Positions 6,155 to 14,534 are shown, counted from the first letter of the stretch. The stretch: DNA of 32,000 nt from Prochlorococcus sp. MIT 0801 (GCF_000757865.1 NZ_CP007754.1:1200001-1232000); one strand, 5' to 3'. Numbers and translations are program-made. The notes: generated by a model not told the origin, from the letters alone.

Positions 6155-7090
6155 TTAATTACATGCTAGCTCTACCATTCCTTGTCCATCATGTCTTGTA
6201 GCAGGGAAGTCATTCCATGTGATGTCTCCGTTTTGTTGTATTACAAGTGAGCTGAAATTACCATCCCAGTCCATTCCTTCACCTATGCCCCAGAAGCCAG
6301 GGCGATAAGAAGAACTTTCCCCTGAGACCCAACCGTCTGAATGACCTGCAGCATTTTGAAGCTTCTCGCCTGTATCACCGCTTCTTGTGAGACCAATATG
6401 TATATTTCTAACCCCCCATGAATCCTGTGGGATATTTTGCCCAATCTCTAGATAGGTTTCAGCTATCCATCTATCCTCTGCCTCATCATTAATTGTGACC
6501 AAATTACCTCCAATTGCTACTGCATTCGCCTGAGCATCACTCCACTTTGGTCCGTCAACTAAGACATAGCATGAATTATTTCTCTTGAAAAAAGTGTCTT
6601 TTTGTACAAATTCATAGGATTCTAATTCAGTCTGAAATTCCGTTGTACTCCCAGCATTTCCATTAAAACAAATCATACTTAAACATTTCGAGAAATCAGT
6701 TCCTGTCTCCCCTTTAAAGCTATATGTTAGTTGACTATTGTTAATAGCCAATATGAAAGTAGGTAATAAGTTTGTATCGTTTGGTATTGCACTAATCAGT
6801 CCGGTTTCCGAGACACCTCCGCAACTGTTACTGCTAGTTCCATCTGATTGAATCTGATAAGAATTTAAATTGCTTGAAGTAAACGTACCTTCGATACCCG
6901 TATCAGCTTTATTAATTTCACACTCAGTTTGAATTTGTTTAATCGCTGCTAAAGCAGCAGTTGCTTTTGACTTACGCTGAAAACAATTGAAAGTAGGTAC
7001 TGCAATTGCAGATAATACAGAAAGCACAGAAACTACAATTACTAGCTCAATTAATGAAAAGCCTTTTTCTGATTCATTTTTCATAATCAT
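6155..7090 (-). CDS. Type IV prepilin-like N-terminus fused to a C-type-lectin-like C-terminal domain (paralog 2)
   Basis: 311-aa ORF. SEKG|FSLIELVIVVSVLSVLSAIAVP. C-terminal: SCYVLVDGPKWSDAQANAVAIGGNLVTINDEAEDRWI..IHIGLTR..GDITWNDFPATRHDGQGMVELACN, including a CTLD-like WND motif and terminal Cys. The first ~145 aa are clearly homologous to paralog 1; the lectin-like part has diverged. Confidence 0.7.
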   Translation of the reverse strand: MIMKNESEKGFSLIELVIVVSVLSVLSAIAVPTFNCFQRKSKATAALAAIKQIQTECEINKADTGIEGTFTSSNLNSYQIQSDGTSSNSCGGVSETGLISAIPNDTNLLPTFILAINNSQLTYSFKGETGTDFSKCLSMICFNGNAGSTTEFQTELESYEFVQKDTFFKRNNSCYVLVDGPKWSDAQANAVAIGGNLVTINDEAEDRWIAETYLEIGQNIPQDSWGVRNIHIGLTRSGDTGEKLQNAAGHSDGWVSGESSSYRPGFWGIGEGMDWDGNFSSLVIQQNGDITWNDFPATRHDGQGMVELACN

Positions 7091-7290
7091 TAGGACTAGG
7101 AAATAATCAAACTTATTTATTAACTTTAATTCTGGCTAAAAATTTAAATAATTAAACTATTTAAGCTAGAAATTATATAATCATTAAATTATTGTCACCT
7201 AAAAGCCTAAAAACTTGGCAAAATTATTTTAAGTTTTTACTTATGAAGTTATTTGGGAATCAATCTGTCGAATTTATCAAAACCGAATGA

Positions 7291-7362
7291 TCAGAAGGAC
7301 AAGATTAAAACATGCGGTCTAGCTCTCCAAAAGCATCCGCGCTGCCAAGCTGCGCAACGCCT
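7291..7362 (-). pseudogene. Full-length but decayed tRNA-Pro copy
   Basis: tcagaaggacaagattaaaacatgcggtctagctctccaaaagcatccgcgctgccaagctgcgcaacgcc aligns end-to-end with 3989-4060. The acceptor and T-arm pairing are destroyed. The left flank (atgatc) also resembles the genuine flank (ctgatc). Confidence 0.7.
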
Positions 7363-7585
7363 AACTTACGAAATTGATCTTAAGGCTTCAATGATGCTTA
7401 AGTACAAGAATTAAAAAACACAACCAAATACACCCGTGTAAAAAGCATTAGTCAGGTTCTCTTCTTGGTAAGTTTGAGCATTGCAGTTAGAAAAATCAGA
7501 AAAAACCTGACACATTTAAATTTAGCCCAAAAAACTATGAACTCGTGGTAATTCCTCCCAATAGCTAAGATTAAAACTGTTAACA

Positions 7586-7756
7586 GTGAATCCTTTGGCC
7601 CCTCATTTAGATCACCCTTTCTTAGTATTTACTTGGCACTTACTTGTAGGGTACCTTCTCACTGTTAGTTGTGACTGGAACTGGATTCCTTTGAATAACG
7701 AGGAGAAAAAGAGGGGTCCATCTCTAGATCAAATTAGAGGTAAAATATTTAGCTGA
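7586..7756 (+). CDS. Possible 56-aa single-TM protein or gene remnant (GTG start)
   Basis: (M)NPLAPHLDHPFLVFTWHLLVGYLLTVSCDWNWIPLNNEEKKRGPSLDQIRGKIFS. It is open from the TAG at 7565-7567 to the TGA at 7754-7756 and has no ATG. It lies in a locally GC-richer patch in an AT-rich context. Below the track cut-off. Confidence 0.3.
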   Translation: MNPLAPHLDHPFLVFTWHLLVGYLLTVSCDWNWIPLNNEEKKRGPSLDQIRGKIFS

Positions 7757-8076
7757 AAAGTGAACAAATAAAAAACTTTTACTCGAGAAACAGATGTATT
7801 AATTAAAGATTAGTTTAATAGTTTTTAGGAAGTTGATAAATAAAATTGCTCAAAAGGTAGGAAAAGCTCATATCTCCTTTAATTGTAATAGCATTAATAT
7901 AAGTAAATGAAGTTATTTATTTGATTTTAAAAATGTTTTTTCTCTAAAAATATTTAATAGGATAATTTTATAGATTCATTAAAACACATTTAAAAAATTA
8001 GTCATTTTTCTCTCCTTTTTTAATCACAGAAAAGGGAAAATCCTTTCATAATAAATGTATCTATTTAAGTTAGTCA

Positions 8077-8475
8077 GTGAAACTGATACCAAATTTTGCT
8101 GAATTGCTGCATGACGTAAAATTACCAACGGCTGAAAAATGCTTTTTTATTGAAGAAGGCGATGAAAAGTACATCGAGAAATTGATAAGTAAAGGAGAAC
8201 TCACATGCGACTTAGAAAAACTCTTCAATTGGATCAACCTAGAGTACAAACTGAAGAAAAAAAATTTAAATAACGAAGAAAGACAACTTGCTGAAGAAGT
8301 AAAAAAGAGATTCCCTGTGGACAAATGGCGTGTTATAAAAATCTTTAGTGATCATCAACAAAAATATCGATACTACAAAAAGGCAATTGAAGACGTGAAA
8401 AGACGAACAACTCCTCGTATGAACGAACAAGCAATTATGACTATTTTCAGCCCAGGCCGGGGTATAAATACCTAG
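8077..8475 (+). CDS. Hypothetical 132-aa K/E-rich protein (GTG start)
   Basis: Track ORF. The opposite-strand ORF 8070..8324 is an S/F-rich low-complexity mirror image. No family recognised. Confidence 0.45.
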   Translation: MKLIPNFAELLHDVKLPTAEKCFFIEEGDEKYIEKLISKGELTCDLEKLFNWINLEYKLKKKNLNNEERQLAEEVKKRFPVDKWRVIKIFSDHQQKYRYYKKAIEDVKRRTTPRMNEQAIMTIFSPGRGINT

Positions 8476-8517
8476 GTATGGTATAATTACTTATGAGTTA
8501 TTAAACATTTGAATTTC

Positions 8518-8610
8518 ATGATTAATAAGTATCCCTTGATTCCTTTCCTTATTTTCGCCGGAGCACTAGTAAGCACAGCAACAATTGGTTTGCCAGTATT
8601 TGCTGGATAA
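8518..8610 (+). CDS. Possible 30-aa hydrophobic peptide
   Basis: MINKYPLIPFLIFAGALVSTATIGLPVFAG. An extended -10-like TGGTATAAT ends at 8487, about 30 nt upstream of the ATG. Confidence 0.25.
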   Translation: MINKYPLIPFLIFAGALVSTATIGLPVFAG

Positions 8611-8988
8611 TTACAACAAAACCAAAAATCTCTCCAAACAAAAGATATTGCCCTTTAACTTAAATAAAGAAAAAAAAAGAAAATAGTATTCAACTTTATT
8701 TTAATTCAATACGAATATAGTTAAATAAATTTTTTTTATTTAACTTTAATATTATTTCTCTAAAATTGCATACCAATAATTAAATAGAAAATACGAAGAG
8801 TATAAAAATATCCCTAGGTAAACCCAATTAAGCCACTCAGGCCGCTTATTACCGGTAGCCATTAAATCTAATTAATATACTATCAATATATTATACTTAT
8901 ACATATAAGGTTTGACTCTTAGCTGCTAAAGCTTTACGTTAATTCTAAAAGTTAAAAACCAAAAGTAATTACATAAGGGGAGGTATTT

Positions 8989-9489
8989 ATGAAAAAACAA
9001 TATAAGTTTCTCCAAAAGCACACGAATGAATTCATTACCACTTTCAAAAGTTTAAGAGGAAACATATGGTCATTAAACTTTCCAGTTTTTCTTTTTGATA
9101 GAGATTGGTTCAGGCTCAAAAAAATTACCCTTTATGATTTAGCCAAAGAACTTAAACCAGACAATTCACAGGAAGCACCTGAAATAATTCAATATCAACA
9201 ATTACTCAATGATGGTCACGATCATTTACTTGCAATTCAAGAATGTTGGAACGAATTTGGAATTGAAGATTTTCATCGATCCCTTAGAAACTCTTCTGAG
9301 TGGAAATTAAAAGGAAATAATGGATGGACATTCAAAAAATACGCTGAACTTATAACTGGATATAGAAATATTATTGAAAGCAAAGAAATTCTTATACCAA
9401 TAATTATTTTAGGCAGGAATAAAAATGAAGATCACCAACTTGAATGGATAAGCGAAGAATTCATTTCTGAACTTACATTCGCAGATTAA
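8989..9489 (+). CDS. Hypothetical 166-aa soluble protein
   Basis: The strongest SD in the island (AAGGGGAGG, 6 nt before the ATG). Non-repetitive composition. No family recognised. Confidence 0.65.
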   Translation: MKKQYKFLQKHTNEFITTFKSLRGNIWSLNFPVFLFDRDWFRLKKITLYDLAKELKPDNSQEAPEIIQYQQLLNDGHDHLLAIQECWNEFGIEDFHRSLRNSSEWKLKGNNGWTFKKYAELITGYRNIIESKEILIPIIILGRNKNEDHQLEWISEEFISELTFAD

Positions 9490-9519
9490 AAATATAGAAA
9501 AGCTTTATATAAAGAAGTT

Positions 9520-9696
9520 TCAAGCAATAGTTAAATCATCCGATCTCGTTCCCCACTCTGTATCTTCCAAAAGATCAGAGTAGCAAGAGGCATTTACCAA
9601 GTTATATTTTTGAAATTTCCAATCTGAATCTTCAAGGTAATCTGAGTACTCAAATGTTTTCGCAAGAAGAGAGAATTCCTTACTAAAAGGGCACAT
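9520..9696 (-). CDS. Possible 58-aa acidic protein
   Basis: MCPFSKEFSLLAKTFEYSDYLEDSDWKFQKYNLVNASCYSDLLEDTEWGTRSDDLTIA. ATG 9696, TGA 9522-9520, with an upstream in-frame TGA at 9717-9715. Convergent with 8989..9489. Confidence 0.3.
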   Translation of the reverse strand: MCPFSKEFSLLAKTFEYSDYLEDSDWKFQKYNLVNASCYSDLLEDTEWGTRSDDLTIA

Positions 9697-9867
9697 GGAG
9701 ATTATGCAATTTTTTCAATCATTCACACTACCAGGGCTAAAAGCAACTGAATATTATAATTCCTAAATATTTAGATAGAATAATTAAGTAGCAAAACAAG
9801 GAATTACATCAATTTAAATGAAAGCCTGTAATAGAATATTTAACGATAAAGACCTCTTTAAAAAACA

Positions 9868-10158
9868 ATGGGTTACATCAAAAAGGAAAAGCAAGGAGAA
9901 TTTGATTTCGAGAAGCTCCCTGAGGGTATATATTTCTTTTCAGGCAAAGAGGGATTCGTAAAAGTAGAAGTAAATAAAGATGGACATCAGTCTTGGGATT
10001 TACAAAATTGGTTTGACTCTTTAGATCCAGACAAAGATGAGGCGCAACATCAAAAAACAATTCAAGACATCAAAAGAAGATTAAACGCAGATACTGGAAT
10101 TATTAATCCCTCTGAAAAACAGGAGAAGAAAAAATTTTTAAACCTCTTTAGCAAATAA
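9868..10158 (+). CDS. Hypothetical 96-aa protein
   Basis: Track ORF with an ATG start and a K/E/D-rich, non-membrane sequence. No family recognised. Confidence 0.5.
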   Translation: MGYIKKEKQGEFDFEKLPEGIYFFSGKEGFVKVEVNKDGHQSWDLQNWFDSLDPDKDEAQHQKTIQDIKRRLNADTGIINPSEKQEKKKFLNLFSK

Positions 10159-10171
10159 GCAAACTCTAAAC

Positions 10172-10513
10172 TTATTCAAGAAATAGAAATATTCGATTTA
10201 CCGCTAATCCAATTAGAAAATATCTTAACAATGTACACCAAGCATATAAATATACACATTGATAATCTGTCTTTGAGACTTCTTCACCTTTGTGAATTAA
10301 TAAAAGATTAAATCTATAATTTGAATTATTTTTAACAAGAAGAACGACACATAAAACTAATGATACCAAAACATTCTCATTCAAAAATAAAATGAAGGCA
10401 ATAAAAAAAGATATATTTGAAATCAAGTCAATTAATGGAATAAATGTAGCAGGCAAAACCAGAAGATTAGAAAAAATATATATAACTCTGCTATAATTTA
10501 GCCAAGAAGACAT
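10172..10513 (-). CDS. Hypothetical 113-aa multi-pass membrane protein
   Basis: Track ORF with 3-4 hydrophobic segments, in very AT-rich DNA. Confidence 0.4.
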   Translation of the reverse strand: MSSWLNYSRVIYIFSNLLVLPATFIPLIDLISNISFFIAFILFLNENVLVSLVLCVVLLVKNNSNYRFNLLLIHKGEEVSKTDYQCVYLYAWCTLLRYFLIGLAVNRIFLFLE

Positions 10514-10770
10514 TTTCTAAGATAAATATATATCTATCTTTAGCAAATAATTAAGCTAATGGCAATTTTTCAAGTCAAAACTCATTAAAGGGTAAATGAA
10601 TAAGCTATAAATAATCTAACCTATTAAGAGAAGGCAGAAGTCAATAATAGGAAATACAAGGTATGTACAGAAATATAAGGTATTTGTCTAACATGTCTTT
10701 ATATGTATTTTTTTTCATAAATCTAAAAAAGCCTTTAAAGAAGTTAATATTAAAGTAAAGAACTAATAAA

Positions 10771-11016
10771 ATGGAAATATTTCTGCTTCTTTCTTTAATC
10801 CTTTTAACGGTTTTTTTTGTTTTCAAAAAAGTTTTTTATTCGGCAAAGAGAAATCTTTTCAAGAATCAAGCGGAATGGTTTAGCAAAGATATAAAAATAA
10901 AATACAGTAAATCAAAAGAAATTTCAGCATTAAAAAAGCATGATAACTATCTAAAAATAATTGCTGACGAGTCAAAATGCTTTTTAGACGAACAATCAAG
11001 TCAAGATTATGAGTGA
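10771..11016 (+). CDS. Hypothetical 81-aa protein with an N-terminal TM helix
   Basis: MEIFLLLSLILLTVFFVF followed by a K-rich tail. Confidence 0.4.
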   Translation: MEIFLLLSLILLTVFFVFKKVFYSAKRNLFKNQAEWFSKDIKIKYSKSKEISALKKHDNYLKIIADESKCFLDEQSSQDYE

Positions 11017-11067
11017 AACCTATTAAATTAAACTATAAAAAAACAGAAACTCTCAATTTAATTAAAA

Positions 11068-11304
11068 ATGTACTATCAATTATTATTCATTAATAATATA
11101 TATTTCCTTTTAATAAAGAATATTTTACTTGATATGACGATAAATAATCCTATTTTCATTTTTGCACTCATAATAGTTATTTGGTTCATTCCAGGAATTT
11201 TAGTTAGAAGGATTAATGAATTAAAACAGATAAAGAAAACTAAAAAGAGACAAGCTGATGCTATTAATAAACTATATCCAAATCCAAAAGATTCTTCTAA
11301 TTAA
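11068..11304 (+). CDS. Hypothetical small membrane protein (78 aa; 56 aa if it starts at ATG 11134)
   Basis: TM helix IFIFALIIVIWFIPGILV followed by a basic tail, RRINELKQIKKTKKRQ. Confidence 0.4.
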   Translation: MYYQLLFINNIYFLLIKNILLDMTINNPIFIFALIIVIWFIPGILVRRINELKQIKKTKKRQADAINKLYPNPKDSSN

Positions 11305-11492
11305 CTAAAAAATGATATTGTATTTATTAAATTTTAGACTATAAATAAACAGATTTTTAGAATATTAGATCTTTGTGTAAAGTGACTTATGTTGTTTTAA
11401 TATTAAAGCAAAGTCATCAAATATATATCTTTTAATATTAGAAGTATTTTTTAGATATAATGAGTTAATCTAATAAGAAAGAGATTCTGTTG

Positions 11493-11768
11493 ATGATGGT
11501 AAGGAAGCTAGGACAATATGGTGGCTACTTACTTAGTGGAATATTAATAGCATGGCTAATAAATCCAATAGCAGCGCTAGCTTTTCTTGAGATTTTTCTA
11601 AAAATGACGTTATTAATATCTATTCCTATCTCAGGAGCTTATTTGTTAGAAAAGATTATCCTTTTAAAGCATCAAAAAGCATGGAATATAATTCTTCCTA
11701 CATGGATAATATTAAGTATCTATTTCAGTTTCAGGTTAGTTAAATTAATAGAAAGCCTTATTGATTAA
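11493..11768 (+). CDS. Hypothetical 91-aa three-TM membrane protein
   Basis: ATG 11493 (the track start, TTG 11490, is one codon upstream). TATAAT at 11456-11461. Confidence 0.45.
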   Translation: MMVRKLGQYGGYLLSGILIAWLINPIAALAFLEIFLKMTLLISIPISGAYLLEKIILLKHQKAWNIILPTWIILSIYFSFRLVKLIESLID

Positions 11769-11996
11769 ATATTTATATCTTTTTTTAAGATTATTGAGGA
11801 ATTATGTTTTATGAATAGATAGTTAATTTATTTGGCGATTATAAATTTATTCTAATCTAATCAGACAATTACGAATTCAAAAAATTATTTTCATAAAATC
11901 AAGAATAGTACCTAATTTTATTCATTCATAAAATCCATAGCATTTCTAGAAGTTAAAATATCCGACCTTGTCGAAAGAATTCATGCTTTATGGATA

Positions 11997-12272
11997 ATGA
12001 TTAATACAGTAAAAAATTTGAACAACATGGTGCTTCCTTTTCTTACTGCAATATTTTTCCCTGATTATGGTTATCAGGGTATTCCCTGGGATTTGTACTT
12101 ACTTCATTTTTTCTTCTTTGCGATTGTAATTCCATTTCATGTAATTATTTTTGCTGCCCGTAGCGCTCAGACCGTCAAGCCAAACGGAGTAAAGGACTGG
12201 CTTAAGTGGGAATCCAAGGCAACTAAAGACGACTTGGATTCAATGTTTCCAAACGATTTCCCTACCGCTTAA
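11997..12272 (+). CDS. Hypothetical 91-aa membrane protein
   Basis: Two hydrophobic segments followed by a charged C-terminal tail. Confidence 0.45.
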   Translation: MINTVKNLNNMVLPFLTAIFFPDYGYQGIPWDLYLLHFFFFAIVIPFHVIIFAARSAQTVKPNGVKDWLKWESKATKDDLDSMFPNDFPTA

Positions 12273-12376
12273 CTCTCTAAAAAGCCTTTTAAAAATGTCC
12301 GAATTTATCAAGGTGCTACAACTTCATTAAATTTGGGCAATTTTAGGTTTATATATATACCTGCATCTAAAAAAAA

Positions 12377-12520
12377 ATGCTTCATTTGCCATTCTTAACC
12401 TTTGCTTTAGGAGGGGGAAGCCTCTCAGCAACAATTGTCGGTGTTGGATCCCTAGTTCTCTTTGGACTTGTTGGTGTAATTGCTGGGCCAAATCTTTCTA
12501 AATTTGATTCTGAAGCTTAG
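12377..12520 (+). CDS. Possible 47-aa Gly-rich hydrophobic peptide
   Basis: MLHLPFLTFALGGGSLSATIVGVGSLVLFGLVGVIAGPNLSKFDSEA. Below the track cut-off. Confidence 0.3.
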   Translation: MLHLPFLTFALGGGSLSATIVGVGSLVLFGLVGVIAGPNLSKFDSEA

Positions 12521-12953
12521 GGAGATAGCCATTATTTCAAAAAGCTTTTGCTAAGCTTCCCAAATAGACATATTTTTAGATTTTAAAAATCTATCTAGGG
12601 AATCCAATTCTTTAACAGAACTTTCTTCCATCAAGAGTTTTAACCTTGGTGGAATTTTTTTATATACATTTGCCAAAAAATACCTCAAAATCCATTACAA
12701 AATCTATGAAAATATAGATAAAATGGGACCTCACAGAGACAATCAAAATAGTAAGATAGATTAGTAAAACTTATAGCTTCTATGATCGTCTATTATGAGG
12801 CTTGATTAGTTGCAGCTCTGACTTATAAATTATTAATAAATTAATTTACAAAGTTTAATTAAATGGAAATGAATCCTTATAAGCCTTTGATACAAGCTTT
12901 TAAAAAAATCTACAAAAACTTCAAGTAATAGATCAGGAAAATTTAATGTGCAG

Positions 12954-14480
12954 TTAATGTGCCGATTTAAATTCCCCACCTCTTCCCCCAGCTTCTGATG
13001 CTTGTCCTATTCGAGAAAATAAATTCAAGCTTTCATCATTTAAATTAATAACTTCAACCTCAGACCCCCCTAATTTTATTCTTCTAATTACTTGGTCAAG
13101 AACCGTAACGCCGCTTTGATCCCAAATATGGGCTTCTGCCATATCTATTGTAATTTTTTTAGGATGTTCATGTAGTTCAAAACCTTGTCTAAAGTAAATG
13201 CTACTAACAAAAAATAATTGGCCTGAAACTTTATAAATCCTGTGATCTGCACCATTCAAAGAAGACTCAACCTTAATAACTTTTGCGACCTTTCTACTAA
13301 ATAATATTGCTGCAAGTCCAACACCGGAAAGAAGACCAAGAGCTAAATTATGTGTAATAACAGTTACGAATACAGTCAATATCATAACTGAACTATCGCT
13401 TCGAGGAATTCGGCGAATATCTTTAATTGATATCCAATTAGCAGTATTTATAGCAATCATTATCATAACCCCAACCAATGTTGCCATTGGTATTTGATTT
13501 ACCCAATCCTTAGCCGCAAGAATCATCGCTATTAAACAAACGCCAGAGCTTAATGTTGAAAGACGAGTTCTTCCCCCATAACCCACATTCATAACCGATT
13601 GTCCAACCAAGGCGCATCCAGCCATCCCTCCAAAAAGCGAACTAACAATATTTCCCATACCTTGCCCTCTAGCCTCAACATTTTTATTAGTACTTTTATC
13701 AGTCATATCATCAAGAATATCTTGAGTCAGGAATGTCTCCATAAGGCCAACCAAAGAAATTGCTAGTGCTGTTGGAAGTATCAAACCAAGTGTTTCAAAA
13801 TTAAATGGAACTTTTGGAATACCAAAGCTAGGCAATCCATTTGGGAGAATTCCTAAATTCGATACAGTTGGAACATTTAATTTAAATAAAATTGAAATCG
13901 CTGTACAAATAAAAATCGCGACCAATGCAGATGGCAAAAGCTTAGTAAATTTAGGTAGCAAATAGATAATTAACAATGTAAGTATGGTCAAGCCCCAAAC
14001 AGCAGGTACTTGGACTGCAGCAACAACTTTCTCAGAATGTGCTAGGTCGATTCCTAAATGAGGCAATTGAGCAAGGAAGATCAATATTGCTAAACCATTT
14101 ACAAAGCCATCCATAACCGGTTGAGGTACAAATCTCATCTGATGAGCAAGCCTTAAATACCCCCAAGCAATCTGAAGAACTCCCGTAAGCAATCCAGCAG
14201 CCAAAAGATATTGCAGACCAAGGCCAGGGCTAATATTTTCACCCTGTTGAACAATCCCGGTCATCAAAAGAGCAGTTGAACCAGTCACTGAGGTAATCAT
14301 GGCCATTCTGCCCCCAAAAATTGCAAGGGTGACAGAAAGCAAAAAAGCACCAAACAGCCCAACTCTTGGATCAACGCCTGCAATACCAGAAAAAGCTATC
14401 GCCTCTGGGATCATTGCGAATGCAACAACAAGACCAGCAATAACATCGCGGGAAGGAGAGACGATTCTCTCCTTTACCAT
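12954..14480 (-). CDS. SulP-family anion (sulfate/bicarbonate-type) permease with a C-terminal STAS domain
   Basis: A ~510-aa polytopic protein. RDVIAGLVVAFAMIPEAIAFSGIAG is the typical SulP N-terminal motif. The C-terminal soluble domain (..YKVSGQLFFVSS..VINLNDES) is STAS-like. ATG at 14480; an in-frame TTG at 14498 is the track start. Confidence 0.9.
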   Translation of the reverse strand: MVKERIVSPSRDVIAGLVVAFAMIPEAIAFSGIAGVDPRVGLFGAFLLSVTLAIFGGRMAMITSVTGSTALLMTGIVQQGENISPGLGLQYLLAAGLLTGVLQIAWGYLRLAHQMRFVPQPVMDGFVNGLAILIFLAQLPHLGIDLAHSEKVVAAVQVPAVWGLTILTLLIIYLLPKFTKLLPSALVAIFICTAISILFKLNVPTVSNLGILPNGLPSFGIPKVPFNFETLGLILPTALAISLVGLMETFLTQDILDDMTDKSTNKNVEARGQGMGNIVSSLFGGMAGCALVGQSVMNVGYGGRTRLSTLSSGVCLIAMILAAKDWVNQIPMATLVGVMIMIAINTANWISIKDIRRIPRSDSSVMILTVFVTVITHNLALGLLSGVGLAAILFSRKVAKVIKVESSLNGADHRIYKVSGQLFFVSSIYFRQGFELHEHPKKITIDMAEAHIWDQSGVTVLDQVIRRIKLGGSEVEVINLNDESLNLFSRIGQASEAGGRGGEFKSAH

Positions 14481-14534
14481 TAAATTTTTCAATTTCAAAA
14501 CTACGCTTCTACCATCCTGCCTTATTAGACATGC

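Noticed and set aside
4910-7090. Diversity-generating retroelement (DGR) targeting the C-type-lectin-like domains
   Set aside because: CLec folds are classic DGR targets, so I looked for one. There is no reverse transcriptase ORF anywhere in the window. I also found no template/variable repeat pair matching the 3' ends of either gene. The divergence between paralogs spans the whole domain and is not confined to a short Asn/adenine-biased VR.
8070-8324. 84-aa minus-strand ORF antisense to 8077..8475
   Set aside because: Its S/F/L low-complexity composition is typical of the mirror frame of a K/E-rich gene. The plus-strand frame is longer.
8719-8745. AT-only hairpins as terminators: AGTTAAATAAA/TTTATTTAACT here, and TCTAAAAAAA/TTTTTTTAGA at about 4841-4870
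   Set aside because: The stems consist solely of A-T pairs in DNA that is ~80% A+T. Such palindromes are expected by chance and would be thermodynamically weak, so I did not annotate them.
10641-10826. 61-aa minus-strand track ORF; likewise 20410..20592 and 20716..20910
   Set aside because: 10641..10826 overlaps the start of the better plus-strand ORF 10771..11016 and is low-complexity K/I/F-rich. The other two overlap the response-regulator start / 89-aa gene and the grxD gene respectively, in mirror frames.
12540-12600. Possible fourth tRNA-Pro fragment marking the right island border (gctaagcttcccaaatagaca)
   Set aside because: Only about 8 of 12 positions match the anticodon-loop region and there is no flanking similarity. 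This is not distinguishable from chance by eye.
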